From the NCBI GenBank assembly GCA_964016885.1, contig OZ024744.1, positions 32,612,001-32,676,000 of the forward strand: a DNA stretch of 64,000 bases. Direction: 5' to 3'. Below, piece after piece: positions 1 through 12,799 of this stretch. A model generated the notes under the pieces. The model had not been told where the DNA came from. It made no database searches and worked only from the letters and a program-made list of their open reading frames with translations. Position 1 is the stretch's first letter. Each line of letters opens with the position of its first letter. The position numbers and the translations under genes are program-made. The DNA comes from Eledone cirrhosa. Its lineage: Eukaryota.

Positions 1-1302
1 AGAAGTAATAGGAACAAATAAATACATACACGCAAACAGATACGTACATACACAAGCATTCGCAAAACCTTACCATAGGTATACAAAACCACGCACATAT
101 AAATATGTGTGTGTGTGTATGCTTGTGTACAAATAAATAAATAAATAATTATATAAACGTATATAAGTAAATAAATACGTATATAACAAGCGCACACACG
201 TACCTACAAATAAATACACGAATATTCGGAGACGTAAGTCAACTAAAACAAGAAGTACACATATACACACACCCACTATACGTACGAACCTGCATACTCA
301 CGCAGACGCAAAACACCCGTATACACATAGCCAAACGCTAAATACCAGAATATGTAAAAATTATACGCCATAACAGTCAAATATACGTACGAGAAGCTAT
401 ACATACCTTCACAAAACATACGGGTAATATATACTTACCTATGCAAATAATTAAATGAATAAACAAAACATATACTTAGCACCCACATCAAGACGTAAAA
501 TATCCACGTATAGATCGTGCTATCCGTTAGGGTATAACGTGGGGCTGTAATACAGGAAAGTTTTGTGCAATTTATGTTTACAAGCCGAAATTGCCTCAGA
601 TGTTTTGTTTAAGATGTGGTCTGTGGCGTAGAGTATTTCCAGGGCCTGAGCGGCGCAGAGGTCACATGGTCTTTTATTTCCGTTATACGATCTAGCCCTA
701 GCTAGGATCTCCCAGTGTAACTTATATTGGGTGTGGTTGTCTTTTAAACTCCAGATATAAGCTGAAAGGGACGTCATATTCTTTCTTAGAGGGTAACGAA
801 AAGAATGGGTATGCATGTAAAGACGCTGCTTGAAACTATTGGCGGTTAACCCTATGTAGGCCCTACGGGACGTGGTGTTACAACCTTACATTTGTAGACA
901 ATGTTACTAGAGAGGCATTTCCCGGATAGGGGGCAATCAGCCCGATTCCTACAATTACAGTTAGTACTAACTACAGGGTTGCACGTGTTCCTACGGCTAG
1001 GTAGTTTAGCTAAATTTGAAGCTGTGATGTTATGTGCAAGGTTAGGAGTCGTAGAGTAAGAAATTTTAATAGTATTTCTATTAAAAATGTTACTATATTT
1101 ATGTGTAGGGGGAAAATGCTTCGTAATAAGGGAAAGAAAGATCTTAGCTAATGGTGTGGCCACCTCCATATTATATGGTGGGTTAAACCAACAAATGCGA
1201 CGGGATCTATTTCTTCTAGGTCTATTTTCGTACTCTGTATATGCTACCTTATCAACAAATCCACTTCGAGGAAGAGCTTCATTGTAGTAAGTGGAATGGT
1301 CG

Positions 1303-1306
<4 letters not shown>
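1..1306 (-). mobile_element. Penelope-like element (PLE), 5'-truncated 3' portion with GIY-YIG endonuclease and 3' UTR
   Basis: Minus-strand frames 852-1306 and 520-860 give WFNPPY...KHFPP...[12 protein letters not shown]...[15 protein letters not shown]...IVYKCKV / [12 protein letters not shown]...H...CDLC...ILNK..E..SACKH, the typical C-terminal GIY-YIG region of PLEs. It abuts (TA)n at 1307. Confidence 0.85.
520..1306 (-). pseudogene. PLE ORF C-terminus (RT thumb, Cys-rich linker, GIY-YIG), frameshifted near 860
   Basis: Two adjoining ORFs; the IVY and YIG halves of the motif are in different frames. Confidence 0.8.
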
Positions 1307-1344
<38 letters not shown>

Positions 1345-1451
1345 GCATATGCATGCATATACATGCATATATATATATACATATATATATATATACATAT
1401 ATATATTCGTATATATATATATATGTGTATATATCTATGTATATATCTATG

Positions 1452-1490
<39 letters not shown>

Positions 1491-1497
1491 GTATATT

Positions 1498-1540
<43 letters not shown>

Positions 1541-1632
1541 GTATATATATGTATATGTATATATATATAAATGTATATATATATATGTATATATATATGT
1601 ATATATGTATGTATATATGTATGTATATATTG
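1307..1632. repeat. (TA)n/(TATG)n microsatellite
   Basis: Directly visible. Confidence 0.95.
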
Positions 1633-2250
1633 CAGGTCATCAGTTGGTGCTACAGTTAACATGTATCCCAGTACAACCTGTCTAATGGTCGGGTTGTTGG
1701 CGACTAAACTGGCAATCCCACCAAGGTTTCTTGGTGAGGAGGGTGACTTTGGACATCCTGCAGGACTAAAAACAAAATCTGTCAAAAAGTCAAAGGGCAA
1801 AGGAGCTCTTAAGAGTCAATGGCCATCCATAATCACCCGGAGAGATGACCCCTTAGCCTTTGTCAAGGCAGAATTCTAGGAGCAGGAAAACTCTGATATA
1901 ACACCTGCAACCCTGATGGTATCCAATGATGTTGACTTGTTCTTCTTTTTGGTAAATATCATCTTGGTTAAGAGAGTGGGACTGGCTTTGTGCAGTGCCT
2001 TTGCTAACTATAAAAGCTTCATGGCACAGGCATTGCTTTATATCTGGAGATCTCTCTGCACTTGTCATCACATGGTACCATGGGCCTAGCACTATGTGAC
2101 ACTAATTGTCACAAGTGTAGTGTTTGTACTAGAGTTTTCAAGTTACTGGCTGGACTAAAAAGTCACACTCGTTCAGCGCATTGGTAGGGGTTCTCCTACA
2201 TGGATATAAAGTAGTGGCCGTACTCGAAAACGAGTTGGCAGCCACCACCA
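1633..2250 (+). mobile_element. ~620-bp non-coding interspersed repeat, probably an RTE-derived non-autonomous retroelement (copy 1)
   Basis: Near-identical to three inverted copies downstream. Carries CTAGGAGNAGGAAAACTCTGA, a motif typical of RTE 5' regions, and is flanked by microsatellite. Confidence 0.65.
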
Positions 2251-2353
2251 TATATCTACATATGTATATATATATATGTATATATGTATCTATATATATA
2301 TGTATATATATATACATATATATATAGATACATATATACATATATATATATAC

Positions 2354-2425
<72 letters not shown>

Positions 2426-2426
2426 G

Positions 2427-2464
<38 letters not shown>

Positions 2465-2466
2465 TG

Positions 2467-2497
<31 letters not shown>

Positions 2498-2530
2498 GTG
2501 TATATATGTATATATATATGTGTATATATG

Positions 2531-2595
<65 letters not shown>

Positions 2596-2676
2596 ATATG
2601 TATATATGTATATATATATGTATATATGTAAGTGTGTATGTATATATATGTATATATGTGTGTATATATGTATGTA

Positions 2677-2755
<79 letters not shown>

Positions 2756-3647
2756 GTCTATGTGTGTTGATATAAAACTACTAGTTTATATAATTACTCG
2801 CCAGTTGATTCAGATCTTATCTCCTTTCTTCTTTATACAAATTTGGAGTTGAGTTGCATATATCAATGTAGTCGAACACATACATGTACACACTGATGCA
2901 CAGGCACACGTACACACACGTACACATACACATATACACACATGCACACTGATTCACATGCACACGTACACACGTACACATACACACATACACACACGTA
3001 CACACATACACACATGCACACTGATGCACATGCACACGTTAACACGTACACATACACACATACACACATGTACACACATACACACATACATACACCCACG
3101 TACACATATACACATGCACATATATACATGTATACACATACAGACTGATGCACATGCACACATGCACACGTACACATATACACACGTATACACATATACA
3201 CATACACACATGCACATATATACATATATACATGTATACACATATACAAATGTACCCATACACACGTACACATATACACGCGTACACACGTACACAGATA
3301 CATACGTACAGTTACACACGTATACACATACACACGTACAAACATATACACATATACACATACACATGTGTTCGCATACACACATACACTCGTAAACATG
3401 TACACATTTACACATATACACCCATGTATACATACACACACGCACCCATACTCGCATACGCACTCATAAACATATACATATTCACACATGTACGCGCATA
3501 CAAATACACTTACACACATACCCACACACACATACGCACATACATACTTACACAAATACATACATACATACACACATACATACACACACACATACGCACA
3601 TGCATACTTACACACATACACACATACATACACACATACTTACACAC
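2251..3647. repeat. (TA)n/(TATG)n then degenerate (CA)/(TACA)n microsatellite, with a short unique spacer at ~2765-2875
   Basis: Directly visible. Confidence 0.95.
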
Positions 3648-4258
3648 ATGGTGGCTGCCAACTCGTTTTCGAGTACGGCCACTACTTTATATCCATGTAG
3701 GAGAACCCCTACCGATGCGCTGAACGAGTGAACTTTTTAGTCCAGCCAGTGACTTGAAAACTCTGGTACAAACACTACACTTGTGACAATTATTGACACA
3801 TAGTGCTGGGCCCATGGTACCATGTGACGACAAGTGCAGGGAGATCTCCAGATATAAAGCAATGCCTGTGCCGTGAAGCTTTTATAGTGAGCAAAGGCAC
3901 TGCACAAAGCCAGTCCCACTCTCTTAACCAAGATGATATTTACCAAAAAGAAGAACAAGTCAACATCATTGGATACCATCAGGGTTGCAGGTGTTATATC
4001 AGAGTTTTCCTTCTCCTAGAATTCTGCCTTGACAAAGGCTAAGGGATCATCTCTCCCGGTGATTTTGGATGGCCATTGACTCTTAAGAGCTCCTTTGCCC
4101 TTTGACAGGTTTTGTTTTTAGTCCTGCAGGATGTCCAAAGTCACCCTCCTCACCAAGAAACCTTGGTGGGGTTGCCAGTTTAGTCGCCAAAGACCCGACG
4201 ATGAGACAGGTTTTACTGGGATACATGTTACCAGTAGCACCAACTGGTGACCTGACAT
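3648..4258 (-). mobile_element. RTE-derived non-autonomous repeat, copy 2
   Basis: Reverse complement of 1633-2250. Confidence 0.65.
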
Positions 4259-4359
4259 AATACATACATACATATATATATACATATATATATATATACA
4301 TACACACATACATATATATATATATACATACACACATACATATATACATATATATATAT

Positions 4360-4396
<37 letters not shown>

Positions 4397-4716
4397 CATA
4401 CATACATATATATATACATACATATATATATATATACATACATATATATATACATGTATACATATATACATACATATATATATACATACATACATGCATA
4501 CATAAATACATACATACATACATACACACATTCATATATATATATATATATATATATACATACAGACATATATATATATATTTATATATATATACATACA
4601 TACATGCAGACATACATATTCACACATATATATATACATACATATATACATACATGATGCACACATACATATACACATATATACATACATACACATATAC
4701 ACCCATACATACATAT
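4259..4716. repeat. (TACA)n/(TA)n microsatellite
   Basis: Directly visible. Confidence 0.95.
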
Positions 4717-5145
4717 ATGGTGGCTGCCAACTCGTTTTCGAGTACTGCCACTACTTTATATCCATGTAGGAGAACCCCTACCGATGCGCTGAACGAGTGT
4801 GACATTTTAGTCCAGCCAACGACCTGAAAACTCTGGTACAAACACTACACTTGTGACAATTATTGACACATAGTGCTGGGCCCATGGTACCATGTGACGA
4901 CAAGTGCAGAGATATCTCTAGATATAAAGCAATGCCTGTGTCATGAAGCTTTTATAATGAGCAAAGGCACTGCACAAAGCCAGTCCCACTCTCTTAACCA
5001 AGATGATATTTACCAAAAAGAAGAACAAGTCAACATCATTGGATACCATCAGGGTTGCAGGTGTTATATCAGAGTTTTCCTTCTCCTAGAATTCTGCCTT
5101 GACAAAGGCTAAGGGGTCATCTCTCCCGGAGAGATGACTCCTTAG
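4717..5145 (-). mobile_element. RTE-derived non-autonomous repeat, copy 3 (truncated, ends in a fold-back)
   Basis: Matches copy 2 up to ~5129, then carries an inverted copy of its own end. Confidence 0.65.
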
Positions 5146-5158
5146 GGTATGTATGTAT

Positions 5159-5770
5159 ATGGTGGCTGCCAACTCGTTTTCGAGTACGGCCACTACTTTA
5201 TATCCATGTAGGAGAACCCCTACCGAAGCGCTGCATGAGTGTGACTTTTTAGTCCAGCCAGCGACTTGAAAACTCTGGTACAAACACTACACTTGTGACA
5301 ATTATTGACACATAGTGCTGGGCCCATGGTACCATGTGAGGACAAGTGCAGAGAGATCTCCAGATAGAAAGCAATGCCTGTGCCGTGAAGCTTTTATAGT
5401 GAGCAAAGGCACTGCACAAAGCCAGTCCCACTCTCTTAACCAAGATGATATTTACCAAAAAGAAGAACAAGTCAACATCATTGGATACCATCAAGGTTGC
5501 AGGTGTTATATCAGAGTTTTCCTTCTCCTAGAATTCTGCCTTGACAAAGGCTAAGGGGTCATCTCTCCCGGTGATTTTGGATGGCCATTGACTCTTAAGA
5601 GCTCCTTTGCCCTTTGACAGGTTTTGTTTTTAGTCCTGCAGGATGTCCAAAGTCACCCTCCTCACCAAGAAACCTTGGTGGGGTAGCCAGTTTAGTCGCC
5701 AACGACCCGACCATGAGACAGGTTGTACTGGGATACATGTTACCAGTAGCACCAACTGGTGACCTGACAT
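5159..5770 (-). mobile_element. RTE-derived non-autonomous repeat, copy 4
   Basis: Matches copy 2 over its full length. Confidence 0.65.
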
Positions 5771-5840
5771 CATGTATACATACATATATACATACATACC
5801 CACATACATATATATAAATATATATATATATATATATTTC

Positions 5841-6010
5841 GTTTCTGAATTTGTTTAATAAGATTCTTTATCTGAAAACGTGTGTTGAAACCGATATTGT
5901 TATACCGGATAAATTTTTAAATTTATAATTTAATTTATAATAAATTGGAATGAAAGCAACTAGTGCATGTGTTTCTTATTGGCAACATGACCCTCCCAAA
6001 GTATAACAAT
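5841..6010. mobile_element. Minimal PLE insertion (inverted pLTR tail plus pLTR 3' end), same family as 50807-53260
   Basis: 5841-5904 matches 50807-50870 and 5905-6010 matches ~53152-53260. (TA)n on both sides. Confidence 0.8.
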
Positions 6011-6748
<738 letters not shown>

Positions 6749-6762
6749 AGAGATACTACAGC

Positions 6763-7106
6763 GTGAGAGTGGAGAGAGAGAGGGGTACTTCACCCCAGTA
6801 AATTCGCTGAAAGGTGGGTCAATGTGGCAAAAATGGCCCGAGTGAATGTATATAAACCTGTAGATTGAGGAAGACAAACATAGGGAAGACGGGGACACCT
6901 ACAAAACGTGCTCTGGTGTTGAGGCTTGTTCTATCTACGGGGTGTAAAACAAACCCGCAGTAACGTTCCTCCCCTATTGGAAATTTCGATTGTTTTATTT
7001 TGTATATATTCTATTGTTAGCCATTATTATTGTTAAAGATTTTATGAAAAGCCCTCGCCGTCACGTCTTGTAATGTCCCATTTTTGTACGCCCCTGTGGC
7101 AAATAA
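6763..7106 (+). mobile_element. Tx1-type LINE unit A, short 3' fragment
   Basis: Matches ORF2 end (stop TAG 6861-6863) and 3' UTR of the other units. AATAAA is followed by (ATCT)n at 7107-7170. Confidence 0.85.
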
Positions 7107-7170
<64 letters not shown>

Positions 7171-10100
7171 CCAACACAGATGGTACATTTGGACCCGGAG
7201 GGTCGACTAGTGGTTCTGGACCTTGGCAGTGGTAAAGGCGGAGCGTTTAGGTTGGTAGCCGCCTACGGCCCTTTCGAGTCAATGCGGCCGGACTTCTTCC
7301 ATCGTCTGGAGACTTTTCTAGGGACGTCCCGCTCCTTGCTATTAGTGGGGGACTGGAATGGTATCCTAGATGCACGCTGGGACTACGTAGGGGCCTGCCC
7401 CGATAGAGAGGGGTGTAATAGCCTCAAAGGGTTAATCGGTCGATTTGACCTGGCCGATAGATATCGACTAGATTTTCCGACTGCGCCAACCTGGACTTGG
7501 GCAAATCGTAGCGGATCATCTAGGTCGTACCTAGATAGGTTCTTAGTTAGAATTAAGGATAAGGACATTTTAAGTTGTCCAAAAATGCGCATGGTTGGCT
7601 ATTCAGACCACAAATTAGTGACCTGCATGGTCAACCTTGACAGAACTCATAGACAGGGCCCCGGTTACTGGAAGCTCAACTTGTCCTTGCCGGCAAGTAG
7701 AGCCTACAGGAATCGGATTAGTACGTTAGTTAAGGAACGGTTGACTGGAGCGATAGTCAACAGCAGGTGGTGTGTATCTCTAAAGAGAGAGATTAGAGTA
7801 GTCTCGATAGAATTTAGTAAGGTTCTAGCTGCGGATAGGAATAGGAAGGAAAGGGAGCTAATAGATAGAGTAGAAGAGGCAATTAGAAGCGGCGACGTGG
7901 CCAGAGTGCTAGCGTCGAGAACGGCTTTGAGCCAGTTTTTCGACGCGAAGCACGAAGGCTGCGTTGTCCGAAGTAAAATACGTGCTCTAGGGAACGAGGG
8001 GACCAAAGCTGTTAGCTGGGCCCGCGTGACAGAGGCCAACAGTGGAACTAAATCCACCATCCGGTCTTTGCGAGACCTGGATGGACGGGCGATTCTTGAG
8101 CCTAAGCAGATGTGTGAGGCCTTTCAAAGGCACTTTGCCCGACTGTTCGGGAGGGGCGGGGAGCCGGTTGGGAACGTGGACTTCGGTCCATACCTCGACG
8201 GCCTGCCGCGCCTCTCGGACAGGGAGGCGAAGTCCTGCGAGATAGAGGACGTGCTGAGCCAATGCGGCAAACGCAAATCCCCGCGTCTCGATGGTCTTCC
8301 TTACGAATTATATCTAGCTATGCCGGACTTGTTCCCCGATCTCCTCGAGGCGGTCTACTGCAACTGGCAACAGAACGGGAGAATTCCCTGTACTGTGACC
8401 AAGGGCGTAGTCACGCTAGTGAGGAAGGACGAGAACAAGGGGGACGAAATAAGTAACTTCAGGCCCATAACTCTGCTAAATACAGAGTTACAGATTTTGG
8501 CCAAGGTGCTAGCAAAGAGGTTGGCGCTTGTCGTGGGCAACCTGGTGGGAGATGCGCAGACATGCGCTATCCCGTCCAGGTCCATCCATGACAACCTCCA
8601 CCTCATGCGATACATCATAGAGAGGGTTGGGAACGAACCCGGCTTTGGTGGGGCTCTGATCAACTTGGATCAATCTAAGGCGTTCGATAGGGTCGACCAT
8701 GGTTACCTGGATGCGGTGCTAGCGGCGGCAGGCTTCGGACCCGTTTTCAAGGGCTGGATCACTGCTATGCACAGCAGCCGCATCTGCTCTAGGGTCAAAG
8801 TGAACGGCTACCTCTCGGAGCCGTTCAAAATCGCGCGGTCCATCCGACAAGGGTGCCCTCTCTCCTCCCTTCTGTATGTGTTGACTCTCGAGCCACTACT
8901 GCGGAAGTTGGAGTTGTTGCAGGGCATCCCTTTGGAACCGGGATTGCGGAAAGCGGTGTCGGCCTACGCCGATGACGTGACAGTAATGGTGTCGACGGCC
9001 TCCGAAATCGAGGCGGTCGGCACCTTACTGGAGGAGTACGAAAAGTTCACAGGGGCTAAGCTGAACCGGGACAAGTCGATCGGTTTGCAACTCGGCACGT
9101 GGAGGGGCAGACCGATGCCCTCCGATGCCCTCCGATGGCGTCGTCGGACGCTGGACGGAGGGCCCGGTGAAGTTGCTCGGGGTCTGGTTCGGACCGGACC
9201 TCCAGGTGGAGAAAAACTGGGCGGAGGTTACGAACAGGGTGTTTGCACTGACCCAGAAGTGGGCCAGTTGCAAACTATCCCTGAAAGGTCGGGCGGAGGT
9301 GGCGAACGCCTACATAGCGTCCGTCATCTACTACCGCCTGACCGTAGTGCCCTGCCCAAGGGAAACCCTCACCAAGATGGAGCGCGCGCTCTTCCAATTC
9401 CTTTGGAAGAGGCGGGCTCCTATGGTGAGGAGATCCATCTGCTGTCAACACCCTTCGAAAGGAGGGCTGGGGACGCCGTGGCTAATGATGCGTAAACACG
9501 CATTAAGGCTACGGCACCTCTACGTATTCCTCACCGGACAACCGGTGTGGGCCTCGTTTGTGAGACGAACCTTTCCCAGACTCGTCTCACTCACCGAGCT
9601 GCAATCCTGGGTCAAGCAAAGACCGAGAAAACTGGGCGCCTGGCACACTGAGTGTGCCCAGGCGCTCACCGCCCTCTGGCAGGCGGATCCGGTTATCAGT
9701 GGAGACTCCACCGCAACATTCTATAGAGGGCTGGTACGCAGCAGGTGCGACAACGCCCTCGGAGAAGCCCTAGACACGGAGGAGGACGAACTGGCCAGCC
9801 TGTTCGGTAGGACATTCAGCCCGGGACCTATGGACAACTTCCAGAAGTCCCTGGCCTGGCAGTGCTACCGAGGGGCTTTACCCGTTCGTGAAAGGCTCTA
9901 CAGACACGGGCGCTCGGGTAGGGACCCCGCCAAAAAGATCTGTCCCAGATGCGTGTGCGACGAGGAAACCGTTGCACACGCATTGGTACACTGCTCGGGC
10001 GTAGCCGATCTGTGGGGCTATGTCGAACAACTGCTGTCAAGGGTGGGACCGATCCGGTTGACCACCGAGTCTATTGTAATGATCAAGCCGCCTCCCCCCT

Positions 10101-10357
10101 TCAAAGATGAAGCAGAGGCGGTGTTTCTGTGCGTAATAGCCATGGCGAAAGAGGTTGTATGGTGGACGCGTCTGAAAGGACTGAGGTCAGGCACCTTTCT
10201 CTCTGGCCAACAACTGGTCCGTTTCTTCCGATATCATTTCGGAAGAAGGATCAGGATGGAGAGAGAGGTGCTGCACCCCAGCCGTTTCTATAAAAGATGG
10301 GTGAAAGTGGCGAGAATGGCCCGTGTGAATGGGCCTTCACTCTACATCAGACTATAG
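7171..10357 (+). pseudogene. ORF2 (APE endonuclease, reverse transcriptase, C-terminal CCHC), frameshifted
   Basis: GDWN, SYLDRF, SDH (EN); DQSKAFDRV, QGCPLS, YADD (RT); CPRC..ETVAH...C. A 10-bp tandem duplication (CCGATGCCCT, 9112-9131) shifts the frame. Confidence 0.92.
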
Positions 10358-10620
10358 GTGAGGAAGATGAAAGACCAAGGGAGCACGCCTTCTCTGTGCT
10401 CCTGAGGAGAAGGGTTGCACACTTTTTTCGGGGGTGTGTGCGACCCCCCAAGGCGCCTCCTCTCTATTGAGGATTTTGTTATAAATTTTATTTTTTGTAA
10501 TATCTTATTTTATTTTTATATTTTGTTATTGCCTCCTCCTTATTGAGGACGCCTTTTTGTGTAAACTCCCCCCTTTGTACTTGTCCCCCTTTTGATGCCC
10601 TAGTGGCAAATAAAAGAAAC
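7171..10620 (+). mobile_element. Tx1-type LINE unit B, 5'-truncated within the endonuclease
   Basis: Starts directly after (ATCT)n. Has EN-RT-zinc finger ORF2, AATAAA at 10609-10614, then ATATCTATCT. Confidence 0.95.
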
Positions 10621-10865
10621 ATATCTATCTCCATAATCTAGCTGTCGTCTGTTCTACAGTGTGGATGTCATTCACTTCGCACAGAAGTTTTGTTCAAATT
10701 TATTGAGGAAATTTCGTGAGTTCAAACTTAATTTTGATACAATTGTGTAGCTTGACCCTCCGTCTGAACTGTCAGGCGGTGGGTCAGCTCATCTTTACCC
10801 CTCCTAGAGGTGAAAAACCTGTTTTAAAAAATTTTGTGTAAAAAAATTTCAATCGTCTAACAGAA

Positions 10866-12766
10866 ATGTTAAACGCAGCGAACGAAAATAGTGGTGGGGG
10901 GACAGCGGTAAGAGTTGTAAGCTCGCACGCTTTAGTACCCCCTTCCTTCCCAACTAACGTCATAGAGAAGGAAGGAAAAATTAAAATAAAAACAGACGAA
11001 TCTGCGGAGAAAAAATTAAATGACGAAAACACAAATCTGGACTTGGATTCCAACAACGAAAAAAAAAAATTTGAAAAATTGCATGACAATACTAATAACA
11101 CAAACAAAGACACAACAAACACAAAAATAACAGTTGAAAATAACACCATATCAGAAAACAAAGCAGACGACAAGATTTCATTTGCACAGAAAACAAAGAA
11201 ATCTTTGACTTATATAGCGGAAAACATTTCAGATGTGGTACGAAGGATCACGGACGCCAAACAATACATAAGTGAAGGAGAGAATGGTATTTTATCGGTA
11301 AAAATGCCTCAAGAATTCACGAAAGACATTGAAAGCCGAACGGTCAAGTTTCGGACCATCAACAACAGTACCAAAAAACCTGAACAGCCTTCTCAAGCAG
11401 ATATCAAAACAGTACTCACAGAAGTACTTAATGAAACCACTTTCATAAGAAAAGACAGACTGTATGGAAGCCTAGCAATTATCATGAAGAACGAATCGGC
11501 GGCAAAAAAATGTGCTTTGTCACCGATTCGTTCGAAAAATTTCACCTTTTATCCATCTTATATGGGAAAAGAACTCAACGCATATGGCTGGATGCAATGA
11601 TGCCAGATGTGGACTACTGCTGGCTCATAGCTGGCTTCATCGATCCAGTGAATGACAACGTGATTTCCATTGGGAAAACCACAGGCAATGCGTTCAGTGG
11701 AACAGGTATAGAGCTGGTAGTACAAATGAAGCCTGAACGCATCGCCCAAATACCCGACAGAACCCTATTAGAGGACCACGGGTATATAAACATTAGCGTG
11801 GAGGGGAGAAGGCCGTCCTGCCATATCTGTGCAGGCAGAGGGCACCTGAAGGCCGCTTGTCCCCAACTCAACAAAAAGAAAACCCTGCTACCAACACCAG
11901 CTCCACCACCACCACCACAACAGATAAACAAACAACAAAACTCAGTCCCATCCAACCCGTCCCTCAGTAAAACCACAACACCACCACAACACAAACAGTC
12001 ACAACACATTACCCCAAAACAAAATACAGGCCCACCCAACCTCTCACTCAATAAAACAACACAACCACCGCAGACACAACACACAACACAGTCTAACATA
12101 GTGACATCCATTTCCCCCACAAAGAAAACCAACACGGAAACATTACCAGCAAACATACCTCTTCCCTCCAACACTGAAGATAACCCAACGAATTCGGAGG
12201 AAGAAACGGAGTCCTTCAGACAGATTAAAAGGAAAAAAAGAAAACATGTGCAAAACACACAAGGACAAACAACCCCCACCCAAATCTCAACACAGTCCAA
12301 CAAAACAGAAAACACCCCTCCAGCAACAAACAAAACCAAACCTGCCCCTCCCCTCTTCGAAACACTCACACCATCCGAAAAAAAGACATTACACTATACT
12401 TACATCAACAGAAACAATAATAAATTTAATGAGCTCATATACAATAATCCTTCGGTACAAACCGAAGGTGTAAACTTTGTTTCGTCAGAAAACTACCCAC
12501 ATTTAAAACTAATAAAGATCCCAATGAACCTCTACCAAAAACTAAAAAAGGATTTTAAGGAGGACGTAGGACCACCCTCTGTCAAACCCATAAACCGCGT
12601 CCTACTAAAAAGCTTTCCCCCTCCCCTTCCCCTCCCCAACACAACTCCAAACACCCCAACCCCACCACACACTGACGACCCCACACCACCACAAGACACC
12701 CCTTCACCCAACACCCCCGACCCCATGGAAGTCGTGCAACCCGAACCCCGGGAAGCGGAAAGGTAG
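10866..12766 (+). pseudogene. ORF1 nucleic-acid-binding protein with CCHC zinc knuckle; single frameshift near 11567
   Basis: ORFs 10866-11600 and 11510-12766 join at YMGK/RTQR (one A missing from an A-run). Knuckle CHICAGRGHLKAAC; homologous to ORF1 of units D, H, K. Confidence 0.85.
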
Positions 12767-12799
12767 GTCTCTACACTCTCCTTTGGCTCTGCCGCCCAC

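Noticed and set aside
3803-4042. 79-aa ORF repeated in all four copies of the 610-bp repeat
   Set aside because: Non-ATG start and no recognisable motif; its conservation follows from near-identical DNA copies.
7084-7170. Apparent N-terminus of the 803-aa ORF (SIYLSIYL...)
   Set aside because: Read-through from unit A's 3' UTR and (ATCT)n; unit B is 5'-truncated.
11614-12369. 251-aa V/G/C-rich minus-strand ORF and similar antisense ORFs over the LINEs
   Set aside because: Shadow of the A/C-rich ORF1 strand; not conserved as a protein between units.
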